From: Candidatus Sumerlaeaceae bacterium
GTDB lineage: Bacteria > Sumerlaeota > Sumerlaeia > Sumerlaeales > Sumerlaeaceae
Length of the DNA: 64,000 bases
Assembly: GCA_049968255.1 (NCBI GenBank)
Contig: JBMFRB010000007.1
Span: 107,813 to 171,812, forward strand
Direction of reading: 5' to 3'
Under the pieces are notes generated by a model that was not told the origin of the DNA, made no database searches, and saw nothing but the letters and a program-made list of their open reading frames with translations. This document shows positions 29,790 through 40,021 of the stretch, in pieces. Both the position numbers and the translations under genes were made by a program. Position 1 is the stretch's first letter, and every line of letters begins with the position of its first letter.

Positions 29790-29805
29790 ACGCTGCAGAA
29801 ATTTC

Positions 29806-32322
29806 TCAAAAGAAATCACGGCAAAGCAAGCGTGAATCTTCATGAGCGCAGGCTTCGAGTTGTCCGGAATCCCGTGAGGCAGGCGGTTTTACCGCTGTTT
29901 TATAGGCAACATCTGCGCGTTGAGAATCGAAAATCAGCTCAGCATAGACGGGCCTTTTCTGCTCCCAGCTTTGCCACTGGACAGTTACCTTTTGTCCCCA
30001 TTTGGGCACGAGGAGGTGGGAAAGCCGCGGGCTGGCAGAGCGGGGAACGATTTCGAAAACGTTCAGCACCTGGATCAAGTGGCCAGCACCAACGCGAGCA
30101 GGTGACGCTTGGGCGGAGACTGTGAGATGCCATTCGTGACGCGTTGGCGGGATCCAATCGGGATAGAAGGCCGGCTCAGTGGAGTACCTATCCGTGATAG
30201 CGAGGTGGAGTTCAGCATTGGAAAAAATCCGGGCGAGGACGCGCGCGTGTGTGGTCGACAAGTCAAATGTCCTCGCTTCGCGCCGCAAGTGTGGTTGCAC
30301 GCGGGTATGCCACATGACCTCGACAGTGGGGCGGGTTGATTCAATGTCATCAAGCACACACACTATTGCCGAGTCTCCGCAGTCCAAAGAGGCAACGCCA
30401 CGGCGCACGCGGGTGGCGAGGCCAAGATAAGCCGGTGTTGCATCCGCCCAGCTCCAGGCAAGCTCGCCACTCTCTCCTGACGACAAGATTTGCGATTTGG
30501 CGGCAGGCGAACGGCGCTGGCCTTGGCCTGCGATGAGCACGGCGTTGTGTGCGCGCGTGTGCCAATACCAGTCGCGGCAGAAGGGACTGTCGAAATAATC
30601 GCGAAAGCCCGTGTTGACAAAAACCGGGTCTCCGAACGCACCCATCACAAGCCCAAGCTGATCGCAGTGGCTGTGGCTGAGATTGCCGAACGGACTTGCC
30701 CGTAGCAACCACTGAACATCGCGCCCGGAATCGAGCAAATTCGAGTGATATGCTGCGAGGCCAGTTTCCGGAAAACATCTCAAGCGGGGGCTAATGCCTG
30801 GCGGGCGGGACGGTGGCGACTGAGATGTCGCTGCGAGGTAGCGCAGAGGAGAGATTCCTTCTGGCGTAAGCCCAACTTTTTCGGCGAGCCAAGCGCACTG
30901 CGCATTTGCGGTGAACTCAGCTAACATGGCAGCGATCCACGCCCGTCTGGGACTTGGGGGATTTTCGGAGAAATCACCAAAACCGGAAAGAGGACTTCCG
31001 GGGGGAGCCACGGCGAGAAGAAAATCGCCGCAGTGGGAATAAAACGGCTTCCGCGCGGCGGGAATGCTCATGACTTTTTCTAACTGCCAGAGCCAGTGGA
31101 ACACAAACTCGTGGTAGGAGAGAAAATAGTGCAGTCCCTCTGCCCAACCACCATCACTGGCCCCCCAGATGGGATACCAGCCATAATAAATTGTTATCGC
31201 ATAATCGAGCCATTCGGTGGCTTCTGGCAACTCTCCATACAGCGCAATGGCCACTTCCCCCAGAAAGTGCCACAAACGGCCATTGTGGCTGTTATAGGGA
31301 CATTGTTCATATGGCGCTTCTTGGCGCCGCAAATGGCGGTATGCCTCCTGCGCTCGTACCCGCAGCATCTCGCGAACACGAGTTTGCTCGTCGGTGTGGA
31401 GCTGATCATGGAGCCAAGTGTAAGCATGGGCACAGGAAAACATAATATGCATGGTTTGTTCGTCATTGACGCGTAGACTTGTGGTGCCGGATGGATCCCA
31501 CGAGCTGAGATGGAGTAGCCATTTCTTTGCAGCTTGCGCATATTGGGGAGAGCCGGTCACGAGTGCTGCAAAGGCAAGCGTCTCGGTGCAGTGTGCAGCG
31601 CGGACGATTTCTCGATAGTATTGCAGCCACTCCTGCGCGTTCCATCGGCCTCCGCTCCACGGTCGAGGTTCCTGAGGGAGCGGCTCATTTAGTAACTTGT
31701 TAGCTTCTTTTTCAAGCAACTCAAACCAGTGGCGATGAGTGGCGCGGGTGCGGCGGAGCGCTGCGAGCTGCTCAGCTCTCACCAAAAGTCGGGGATGACG
31801 CGTGGGAACGGAGCTGTGCACTGTCGAATAGGACGGGCGAGGGAATTCCGGTACGCTTGCAGGCACGATGAAGTGTCGCGGTTGGCTCCACGCACTCAGT
31901 GATGTTCCGTTTTCGTCGAAAGCTACGCGGAACCTCCAAGCATAGGCTCCTGATTCAAATGTCTTCTCAGGTGTGAAAAGAGCAAAACGTGAAACAAACT
32001 CTTTCGCGGACGATGAGGGAGCATCCTGTCGCTGCACTTGCAGCACGTAGTGCGCAGCTTTAGGGTGAGGTACCCAGACAAAACACGGTGGGTTGATGGT
32101 CACCGTCGTCCCGTTGGCGGGAAGAAACCCAAAGCCTTCTGAGGGAACGGAGAGTTCTGGGGATTGTGCTGCCCACAGGAAGGAAACCAGAACAAAAGCA
32201 TTGAGCAAAAGACCAAGACAAGCAAAAGCGCGTTTTCTGCTCAAGTGCAGCGCTCCGCGACAGGGCGCCAAAGCATTTTGGCTATGCGCAAGATTTTTCA
32301 GCTCTGTCGGCCGCATGTCCAT
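29806..32322 (-). CDS. Secreted DUF4962 / heparinase II/III-family polysaccharide lyase
   Basis: Signal-like hydrophobic stretch, NPPCFVW, YNSHNGR, GGWAEGLHY, SHSHCDQ, HTRAHNAVLI. Confidence 0.8.
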   Translation of the reverse strand: MDMRPTELKNLAHSQNALAPCRGALHLSRKRAFACLGLLLNAFVLVSFLWAAQSPELSVPSEGFGFLPANGTTVTINPPCFVWVPHPKAAHYVLQVQRQDAPSSSAKEFVSRFALFTPEKTFESGAYAWRFRVAFDENGTSLSAWSQPRHFIVPASVPEFPRPSYSTVHSSVPTRHPRLLVRAEQLAALRRTRATHRHWFELLEKEANKLLNEPLPQEPRPWSGGRWNAQEWLQYYREIVRAAHCTETLAFAALVTGSPQYAQAAKKWLLHLSSWDPSGTTSLRVNDEQTMHIMFSCAHAYTWLHDQLHTDEQTRVREMLRVRAQEAYRHLRRQEAPYEQCPYNSHNGRLWHFLGEVAIALYGELPEATEWLDYAITIYYGWYPIWGASDGGWAEGLHYFLSYHEFVFHWLWQLEKVMSIPAARKPFYSHCGDFLLAVAPPGSPLSGFGDFSENPPSPRRAWIAAMLAEFTANAQCAWLAEKVGLTPEGISPLRYLAATSQSPPSRPPGISPRLRCFPETGLAAYHSNLLDSGRDVQWLLRASPFGNLSHSHCDQLGLVMGAFGDPVFVNTGFRDYFDSPFCRDWYWHTRAHNAVLIAGQGQRRSPAAKSQILSSGESGELAWSWADATPAYLGLATRVRRGVASLDCGDSAIVCVLDDIESTRPTVEVMWHTRVQPHLRREARTFDLSTTHARVLARIFSNAELHLAITDRYSTEPAFYPDWIPPTRHEWHLTVSAQASPARVGAGHLIQVLNVFEIVPRSASPRLSHLLVPKWGQKVTVQWQSWEQKRPVYAELIFDSQRADVAYKTAVKPPASRDSGQLEACAHEDSRLLCRDFF

Positions 32323-32405
32323 TCTTGTTTTTCGCTTGGTTTCCCCAAACTCATATTTTCACCTTCGCGCACGCGTCCCCCAACTATTTCGTCTAAGACA
32401 GTGGC

Positions 32406-33950
32406 CTATGCATGAAATTGCTGCGATTGATTTTCCAGGTACTCCATTATGCTGCGTGCCAAGTGCGCCGCGGTATGAATCTTTGCTTCTACCGCGGGCT
32501 GTAGTCCCAGTTTGCACAATGCCGCCGAGGTCAGTGGGCCAATACTGGCGATGAGCACGCCGGGGAAAAGTGCGGCTAGCTCCTCAGGCTCAATGCTGGC
32601 GGCAAGACTTTCGACCGTCGAGGCGCTTGTAAAAGTCACAATATGGACGCGCTTTTCACGCAACGCGTCGCGAAGCTGGCTGATCCCCCGTTCGTCAGGC
32701 ACCGTGTCATAGAGGGGCAATATGCGCACGTGAGCCCCTTTTTCAGTGAGGATGCGTTCAAGGGCGTCGCGTGCTACCGCAGCGCGCGGCACCAAGACAT
32801 GGTCATTCTGATGTACTTTGAGGGATTCAGCGAGCGCCTCCTGGACAAAACGGCCTGGGACAGCGTCGGGGCGGACGCCATGCGCTTCCAGTGTTTCGGC
32901 TGTTTTCTCGCCGATGGCCGCGACTTGCGCTTCCGAAAGAGCCCGCGCATCGAGCTTCAGCTGCCTTAGATGATTGAAGAAAAATTTTACGCCATTGGCG
33001 CTCGTGAAGACGATCCAATCGTAAGAATGAAGCTTGAGCAGTTCGTCGCGGATTTCGTTGGAAAAGGCGCGAGGCTTGATGGCGATCGTCGGGGTGAGGA
33101 GTACGTCGGCACCCTCGCGTTGCAAAAGCTCTGCAAGCTCTTCGCTTTGATCTTTCGGGCGGGTGAGCGCAATCCGATAGCCAAAGAGCGGCTTGTGCTC
33201 GATCCATCGCAACTGGGGGCGCAAACGCACCACTTCGCCGATGATGGTGATTGCCGGGGGCTCCAAGTGGGCTTCGTTTGCACGTTGGACAATATCGCCT
33301 AGGGTTCCAGTCACAACCTCTTGCTCCGGCATAGTGCCCCAGCGAATGACGGCAGCTGGTGTTTGCGGTGATTTTCCGTGGCGAACAAGTTGTGTGACGA
33401 GTTGGTGTAACGTGCGCACACCCATAAGGAAAATGAGGGTGCCCTCGAGCTGGGCGATTGTCTTCCAATCGAGGTCGTTGTGGTTTTTCTCTGGTGCTTC
33501 GTGTGCGGTGAAGACGTGGAAACTTGCCGCGATGCCGCGGTGTGTGACAGGAATGCCCGCGTAGGCCGGGACCGCAATCGCAGAGGTGATTCCAGGGATC
33601 ACCTCGAACGCAATGCCTGCTTCGGCAAGAGCCAGTGCCTCCTCTCCCCCGCGGCCGAACACAAATGGGTCTCCGCCTTTCAAACGCACAACAACTTTGC
33701 CTTCGCGGGCGCGCGCAATGAGAAGCTCCTCAATTTCTCGCTGACTGAGGGTATGGTCCCCAGCCATTTTCCCCACGTAGATGAGCTCGGCCTGCTCGGC
33801 GCAGGACGTGAGAAGGGCGGGATTCGCCAAGTGGTCATACACGACGACTTGCGCTTCGGCCAGGCAACGCATGGCACGTTTGCTGATGAGACCGACATCA
33901 CCGGGACCCGCGCCGACAAGATAAACTTTCCCCGTGCTTTGCTCGCTCAT
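32406..33950 (-). CDS. cobA: Fused uroporphyrinogen-III C-methyltransferase / uroporphyrinogen-III synthase (CobA-HemD)
   Basis: VYLVGAGPGD, RLKGGDPFVFGRGGEE, then WIVFTSANGV, TFTSASTV, IGPLT. Confidence 0.93.
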   Translation of the reverse strand: MSEQSTGKVYLVGAGPGDVGLISKRAMRCLAEAQVVVYDHLANPALLTSCAEQAELIYVGKMAGDHTLSQREIEELLIARAREGKVVVRLKGGDPFVFGRGGEEALALAEAGIAFEVIPGITSAIAVPAYAGIPVTHRGIAASFHVFTAHEAPEKNHNDLDWKTIAQLEGTLIFLMGVRTLHQLVTQLVRHGKSPQTPAAVIRWGTMPEQEVVTGTLGDIVQRANEAHLEPPAITIIGEVVRLRPQLRWIEHKPLFGYRIALTRPKDQSEELAELLQREGADVLLTPTIAIKPRAFSNEIRDELLKLHSYDWIVFTSANGVKFFFNHLRQLKLDARALSEAQVAAIGEKTAETLEAHGVRPDAVPGRFVQEALAESLKVHQNDHVLVPRAAVARDALERILTEKGAHVRILPLYDTVPDERGISQLRDALREKRVHIVTFTSASTVESLAASIEPEELAALFPGVLIASIGPLTSAALCKLGLQPAVEAKIHTAAHLARSIMEYLENQSQQFHA

Positions 33951-34033
33951 GTGAGCATTTGCTTTGCTTTTCGCACGCGAGACAACGAAAAAAGCCGCAA
34001 ATCATAGGACGCCCAAAGAATGAGGCAGGAACG

Positions 34034-35905
34034 ATGAAGAGGATTGTGTTCATTGGAATGATTGCGCTAGGGCTCTCGCTATTCTGGGGAGTAGGCATGG
34101 CTGCAAAAGTCAAGAAGGATTCGCGTGCGATTCCGCTGCCTGTAGGCGTGGTGGAAGGTTTTTACGGGCGACCTTGGACGCACGAGGAACGCCTAGAAAT
34201 GATTCGCTTCATGGGCGAGATTGGTCTGAATCATTACTGCTACGCGCCCAAAGACGATCCCTACCACAGGAAGAGATGGCGCGACCCTTACCCAGAGCAA
34301 GAGCTGGCAAAGCTTCGCGAGCTCGTGAACGCATGTCAGCGGGCAAACGTGAATTTTTGCTTCGCAATCAGCCCAGGATTGGACATCGAATATTCGAATC
34401 CACGAGAGCTCGAACTCCTCGTGGCGAAATTAGAGCCTTTGGCCAAGGCAGGGGTGCGGTGGTTTGCTCTCTTTTTTGACGACGTGCAGAGCACGTTCAC
34501 TCACGAGTCGGACACGAAAAACTTCGCGAGCTTCGCTGAGGCTCACGTCAAGCTGGCAAATGATTTGTTGCAGCGCTTGCGCCAAGGGCATGCAGAAGCC
34601 TCGCTCATTGTATGCCCGACGGAGTATTATCACTCGGATCCGACCCCCTACCTGACAGAGCTTTCGAGCAAGCTACATCCTGAGATCCCGCTGGTATGGA
34701 CGGGTCTTGGCGTGTGCTCGCCCAAAATTGATCCGTCGGATTTACTGCGGATACGCGAGGTGACACGACGCAAACCATTCCTTTGGGATAATTATCCGGT
34801 GAACGATTACGATACGGGACACATTTACCTTGGGCCAGTGCGTCACCGGACGCCGCTGCTAGGGTTGAATCTAAGCGGCTATTGGTCGAACCCCATGAAT
34901 GAACCGGAGTTGTCGAAGATTCCTTTGCTGACAATCGCGGATTTTTTCCGATCGCCTGAGAGTTACAATCCGGAGACGAGTTGGCGGCAAGCGCTGAGGC
35001 GCGTGGCAGGTCAGCGAGCTTATCCTTACATGTTGAGGCTGGCCGATTTCATGAACGGCTCGTTTTTGACAGGCGATGAGGGCCGCGTGTTGTGTACCCT
35101 TGTTGGAGATTTTTTCGAGGCGCCTTCGCCGGCCGCCGTCTCGAGCCTGCGCGAGTATTTGCAGCAACTTCTCGACCTGGAAAATAATCTGAATCGCACA
35201 CTCGCGAACCAGCGTCTGTTCCAGGAGTTGCGTCCCAGCCTCAAACGTCTGCGCGTGCACGTGCGCAACCTCCAGGCCGCATTGCGGATTGAGGAAGTTG
35301 GTATCAACACAAGTGAGGCGAAACAGCTGCGCGACGTGTTGGCCCAAGGTCTTGCAGCGCTAGACTCACCTGTGACCGCGCCAGCAATGGCAAGTGCTGA
35401 TTGGGAACGCCTGCTGCGTGACGAGACGAGTGTGTTCCCGGGCAATGTCGCGGATGAGGTGTTTGCTCAGCTTCAGCAGCATTTCTTCTCGAAATGGACA
35501 CGGGAGACGTCGCCAACACTCCCAGTCCTTGTCTCAGCTCCGCCCGCTGCAGGTGGGAATTTTGGCGAACTTGCTTTCGATGAAAATGAGGCGACTTTCT
35601 ACAAATCTCGCAATCCATGGAAAGCTGGACAATACCTTGCGGTCGATTTCAGGGAAACGTTACGCCAGGGGGCAACCATTCGACTGACCGCGGATGGCAT
35701 CGAGAAGTGGGGCAACATTTTTTTTCCCGAGCTCGATGTGGAAGTTTCGTTGGATGGTCTAAAGTGGCAAAAGGTTGGCAGCATTGACGCAAAGCAGAGA
35801 AGCGCCGAGACAGATAAAGCTTTTCGGTTCGTGCGACTGATCGCCGTGAAAGAAACGGAAATCCAAGTGCTGTTACGGGAACTACGCGTGGAACCGAGAA
35901 AGTAA
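34034..35905 (+). CDS. Secreted GH84 beta-N-acetylglucosaminidase (O-GlcNAcase-like)
   Basis: Signal peptide, GVVEGFYGRPW, YAPKDDPYHR, AISPGLD, catalytic LFFDD, CPTEY, WDNYPVND, NPMNE. Confidence 0.9.
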   Translation: MKRIVFIGMIALGLSLFWGVGMAAKVKKDSRAIPLPVGVVEGFYGRPWTHEERLEMIRFMGEIGLNHYCYAPKDDPYHRKRWRDPYPEQELAKLRELVNACQRANVNFCFAISPGLDIEYSNPRELELLVAKLEPLAKAGVRWFALFFDDVQSTFTHESDTKNFASFAEAHVKLANDLLQRLRQGHAEASLIVCPTEYYHSDPTPYLTELSSKLHPEIPLVWTGLGVCSPKIDPSDLLRIREVTRRKPFLWDNYPVNDYDTGHIYLGPVRHRTPLLGLNLSGYWSNPMNEPELSKIPLLTIADFFRSPESYNPETSWRQALRRVAGQRAYPYMLRLADFMNGSFLTGDEGRVLCTLVGDFFEAPSPAAVSSLREYLQQLLDLENNLNRTLANQRLFQELRPSLKRLRVHVRNLQAALRIEEVGINTSEAKQLRDVLAQGLAALDSPVTAPAMASADWERLLRDETSVFPGNVADEVFAQLQQHFFSKWTRETSPTLPVLVSAPPAAGGNFGELAFDENEATFYKSRNPWKAGQYLAVDFRETLRQGATIRLTADGIEKWGNIFFPELDVEVSLDGLKWQKVGSIDAKQRSAETDKAFRFVRLIAVKETEIQVLLRELRVEPRK

Positions 35906-35942
35906 ACAAAGCGGGCGCCAAACGACACCAGCCGGGGTAGCT

Positions 35943-36557
35943 ATGACTCGACAGCGAATTATCATGGGAATCACGGGGGCAAGCGGAACAATTTACGCGC
36001 GTGCTCTACTGGAAGAACTCCTCTCACTCGACATCCAGGTGCACCTGATCGTAAGCAATGCTGCAAAACTTGTGATGCGCGAGGAGCTTGGCCTGATGTT
36101 TCCGTCGCAGAAGTTCGACGTGGCGCACTATCTTGGACACCAAGTTGAGTCGGGCCGCGTGATCCTTTACGACGACACTGATCTGGCGGCGGGACCGGCC
36201 AGCGGCACATTTCGGAGCCGTGGTATGGTGATTTGCCCCTGTTCGATGAAAACGTTAGCGACCTTAGCCGTTGGCACGGGGAACTCGCTGATCACACGCG
36301 CCGCGGATGCGTGCCTAAAGGAGCGGCGGCGACTCGTGCTGGTGCCCCGCGAAACACCTCTCAGTCTCATCCACCTACGTGCAATGGTCAATGTCACGGA
36401 AGCGGGGGCTGTAGTCCTGCCTGCGGCTCCGGGTTTTTATCACAGGCCGAAGACAATTGAGGAACTTGTTCGGCACATCGTCCTGAAGATTCTCGATGCG
36501 CTTCAACTCGACCACCAGATTCCGTATCGCTGGAGAGATGCTTGCGATGTGCACTAG
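35943..36557 (+). CDS. ubiX: Flavin prenyltransferase
   Basis: GITGASG, ASG, PCSMKTL, RAADACLKERRRLVLVPRETPL, GFYHRP. Confidence 0.93.
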   Translation: MTRQRIIMGITGASGTIYARALLEELLSLDIQVHLIVSNAAKLVMREELGLMFPSQKFDVAHYLGHQVESGRVILYDDTDLAAGPASGTFRSRGMVICPCSMKTLATLAVGTGNSLITRAADACLKERRRLVLVPRETPLSLIHLRAMVNVTEAGAVVLPAAPGFYHRPKTIEELVRHIVLKILDALQLDHQIPYRWRDACDVH

Positions 36558-36574
36558 GTGGCGTTAGCTCGCAA

Positions 36575-37563
36575 TCAGAGTTTTCGGCCGATCATGATGG
36601 AATTGGGATACGGAGTGTCCACTTTGCGGATGACGCCAAAGCCGACCTCCTCCATCCACGAGCGAATTTCGCTCTCCGTGTATGTGTCGCCGTACTGGCG
36701 CGCGACAAGCATGTTGAGCGCAAAAATTGTTCCCGCCGGGGGATGAAGCCGCTCTTTATCCATGACGAAGTCCTTGAATGGCGAGTGTCCCACCTGGACT
36801 CAATGCGCGTGCCGCCCGCGCAATGAGTTCGGAGTTTTCCTGTGCCGAAAACATGTGGACGATCGCTGAGAGCCAGATGAGATCAGCGGGGCCAGGAAAT
36901 TCATCGTTTCGCATATCGCCAGCAACAAGCTGGACGCGTTGCCCGCCGGCGTGCTTTGCAAGAAATTGCGGCGCGATTTCTATGACCTGCGGCAAATCGA
37001 AGAGAATGACTTGTGCGTTAGGGAAACGTGCGGAAAAGGCAGCAGCATAAGCGCCGGAGTCCCCACCAACGTCGATGATTTTTCGTGGGGACTCAATGCC
37101 AAGTAAACCGGCAATCTCAGGGCTTCGGGAGCAGCGTTTGCATGCATGGCGCTGATAAATTTCTCGAAGTATTGTCGATTTCGCTGAGGCATGGGCGGTT
37201 CCGCGATTGCACCGCCCTTGCGAACCGCGGCCGTAAGTGTGCTCCACGTTTCCCACATTTGCCCAACGTGTTCAAGACCGGCCAGATACCCGTGACTTTC
37301 AGGAAGCATGGCTCGCCGTGCAACGTCGGTGAGCAAGTATTTCCTGCCAAATTTACGGAGTAGCCGAATAGTGACGAATGCACAGAGCAGGCGATGGAGT
37401 CCGCGAGGATCGCAGCCGAGCTGTGGGGCAAGCGTGTCGGCCGACTGCGGTGCGGCGTGCAACGCCGAGAAGACGCGCTGTTCATGGGCCGTCAAATGAT
37501 GCGTGCGGGCATAAAACCTCGCGCGATTTCGTAAATGCGGGTAGGTGTAAGTTCTTGCTCCAT
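36575..37563 (-). pseudogene. Class I SAM O-methyltransferase (dimerisation + Methyltransf_2) broken by three frameshifts
   Basis: Reconstructed MEQELTPTRIYEIARGFMPARII / LTAHE...AMHANAAPEA / PEIAGLL...DVGGDSG...FDLP...GDM...PGGTLAIQ / DFVMD...FALNML...GDTYT. Shifts near 37495, 37121 and 36773. Confidence 0.75.
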
Positions 37564-37784
37564 TGCTGAGGGCTCGCAGCATTGTTTGTGTTTGTGTCTA
37601 TGTTGGGCCGACCGTAAGTGTGCCCCTCGGTGAAATGACACTGCAAGAACTCTTACGACCTTACTTGCTTAGCAAGACTAAGGATGCCAGCAACAGCGTG
37701 CAATAGATTGCTATCACCCAAGGTGGAGGCTGTCAGCCAAGAAGCATGCCGACGGGATGCATGAGACACATACCTTGTGGCTGT

Positions 37785-39494
37785 ATGAGCAAGAAAACGT
37801 TTGCGCACGCTTGTGTGCTCGCTGCGATCGGCACCGGTGTAGTGATCCAATTAGTCGCAGCCCTCCACGGTAAAATCAATCTCGACGAGTTTCAATTCAT
37901 CAGCAATGGCTGGAATGTTTTCCGCGGACTTGAGCCTTATCATGACTTCTGGGACAACCACGGGCCGGCAGCCAATTATCTTTTCGCCCTGCCGTTTTAT
38001 TTTTGGCCGGCGGTGCACGAGATCGTTATCTGCTTTCGTCTCTGGATTTTTGCCACAGTACTGCTGACGAGCGCCGGCACGGCGTGGCTCGCGCGACTGG
38101 CCTTCCCCAGCATCCGATTGAGTGGCCGTATGGCTGTGGCTTTGCTTCTCGCTGCGCCCATGTTCATTGCCAAATCTCGCGAGGTGCGCGGCGACGTTTT
38201 CGTCACTCTGCTGTGGGTATGGAGCATAGCGCTGGAGTTTTATGGCTTACGAACCAACCGCAGGTGGGCGTTTTTTAGCGCAGGGGTTATTTGTGGCGCA
38301 GCGTTGTGGTTCACACCCAAAGGGCTTTTCCTCGTCGCAGGTGGTAGCCTTCTTTTGGTTGCCGAGAGCATAAGTCGACACAAGGCTCGGTGGGAGGCCA
38401 TGGTCGGGTATGCCACAGGGGTAGCCCTGTCAGCCGTTGCGTTGTGGTTGTGGCTGCGTGGTAGGGGCATGTGGGATGAGTTTCACAAGCTCGTGCTGGT
38501 GGAGTCCGTCGAGCGAAAACACACGCTGTCGCTCTCTCCTCTGCTGGGTGCAGTGAGGGAACACCCCTTTTGGATGGGGCTAACGTTCGGGATTATCCTG
38601 AAAGCAATCAGCGCGTCCGTGCGGCGCAAATCTTGTGTTGCTGGCATAGCATGGTTATGGCCAGTTATTGCGCTATTGCTAGTTTATTATTTTGTTATGC
38701 TCCCAAGCCGCCATAGGCAATCGCTTTTGCCACTTCATCCACTGGTCGCTGTGGCGGGAGTTGGCTTCTTGCGAGATTGCTTGCGCTATCTCAGTGGGCG
38801 AACACGGCGAGGATTACCCGATCGCCATGTTCTCTTGGCTGTATTCTTTCTTGCTTTGATCTTTGCGACGGTTGCTTCTGCGAGCAAGAATCCTGACGTG
38901 CGTGGCTATTTGCCGCAACAACTCGCAACCGCCAATCGCTGGTCCCTTGCAGTGCCCCCCGGCGAGCAAGTCTTACGCGGCGAGGGGCCACCCCTCTTTC
39001 GGCCCAGCCCTCTTCATGCATACGTGTTAGTTAACTTTCTTCGAGACAAATATGCGCACGGCCTTGCTCCATACGACATCGTGGAAACTCTCAGGACACA
39101 TTCGCTGCGCTTTGTAGCCGTAGATTCACGGATACGAAACCTCCCTTTGCGGGATCTGGATTTCCTCAGGCGGAACTACATTGCAGTTGCAGGCACACAG
39201 GCGGGACGCAAACGCGTCATATTGGCCGCAGGAAAGGTTCTTCGTGCTGCAAACGGCAGGACAACTTTCTCGATAGCGATTGCGCGCCCCTATTGGATTG
39301 CTCAAGAGAGGCCGTGCGCCGCACAGGTGCGCATAGATGGTTTGGATGTGAGAGACGGTGGTTTCTTGGAGCAAGGCACCCATCGAATCGAGGCCAGCGA
39401 TGGCCCGACCACCGTTGTTTTGAGCAGCGTTCCGCCTAAGCATATCGATTGGCACGCTATCCAGTGTGGCTTGCCCGTAGCGTTAGAAGAATGA
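37785..39494 (+). CDS. ArnT/PMT-like membrane glycosyltransferase (GT-C)
   Basis: NLDEFQF after the first TM, PYHDFWDNHGP, EVRGD, many TM segments, soluble C-terminal region. Confidence 0.65.
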   Translation: MSKKTFAHACVLAAIGTGVVIQLVAALHGKINLDEFQFISNGWNVFRGLEPYHDFWDNHGPAANYLFALPFYFWPAVHEIVICFRLWIFATVLLTSAGTAWLARLAFPSIRLSGRMAVALLLAAPMFIAKSREVRGDVFVTLLWVWSIALEFYGLRTNRRWAFFSAGVICGAALWFTPKGLFLVAGGSLLLVAESISRHKARWEAMVGYATGVALSAVALWLWLRGRGMWDEFHKLVLVESVERKHTLSLSPLLGAVREHPFWMGLTFGIILKAISASVRRKSCVAGIAWLWPVIALLLVYYFVMLPSRHRQSLLPLHPLVAVAGVGFLRDCLRYLSGRTRRGLPDRHVLLAVFFLALIFATVASASKNPDVRGYLPQQLATANRWSLAVPPGEQVLRGEGPPLFRPSPLHAYVLVNFLRDKYAHGLAPYDIVETLRTHSLRFVAVDSRIRNLPLRDLDFLRRNYIAVAGTQAGRKRVILAAGKVLRAANGRTTFSIAIARPYWIAQERPCAAQVRIDGLDVRDGGFLEQGTHRIEASDGPTTVVLSSVPPKHIDWHAIQCGLPVALEE

Positions 39495-39534
39495 ATCCGT
39501 CGCGTAGATGTGAGACGAAACCAGGGCGAAGGCC

Positions 39535-39927
39535 ATGCCGATTGATCGTTCGACAGCTCGCAAAAACCTGCTCACTTTGCTGCAGCATCAACTTGCGAAA
39601 CAGGAATTTGGTGCGCTGCGGCTAGCTCTGTGGTACGATATCGAAGAGCAAGCAAGTGATCTTTTCCTCTTCGAAGTCTTTGAGGCCTTCCGAACGCCCT
39701 ACGGCAATGAGACGGCAACTTTTCGCTTTCCAGGTATGGGGTTTTTGTGGCTGCCGGGACTCTACCACGTGACGGTCTGTTCTTTAGCCTTTTTTCAGCA
39801 GGCAGCGCAGCTCAATGACGATGACCTTCTAAAATTCCGTACCCAACTTGCAGCGGGAAACGCTGAAATTTTGATCCCTTCGCTGCCAACTCAGGACGAC
39901 GATATAACGAAGTTTCTCATCGCCTAG
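39535..39927 (+). CDS. Hypothetical protein (130 aa)
   Basis: Co-oriented ORF filling the gap with protein-like composition. No recognised motif. Confidence 0.6.
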   Translation: MPIDRSTARKNLLTLLQHQLAKQEFGALRLALWYDIEEQASDLFLFEVFEAFRTPYGNETATFRFPGMGFLWLPGLYHVTVCSLAFFQQAAQLNDDDLLKFRTQLAAGNAEILIPSLPTQDDDITKFLIA

Positions 39928-40021
39928 CAGAGGCAAGATCGGTATACGTTTCCGACTTGCTAGCGTCTGCGTGCGATAGTAAGGTTTTGTTTTTCCAATT
40001 TGCATAGAGGATAAGCTGGCC

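Noticed and set aside
29318-29805. tRNA cluster upstream of tuf (tufB-like arrangement)
   Set aside because: No T-loop GTTCRA signature or cloverleaf found by eye on either strand.
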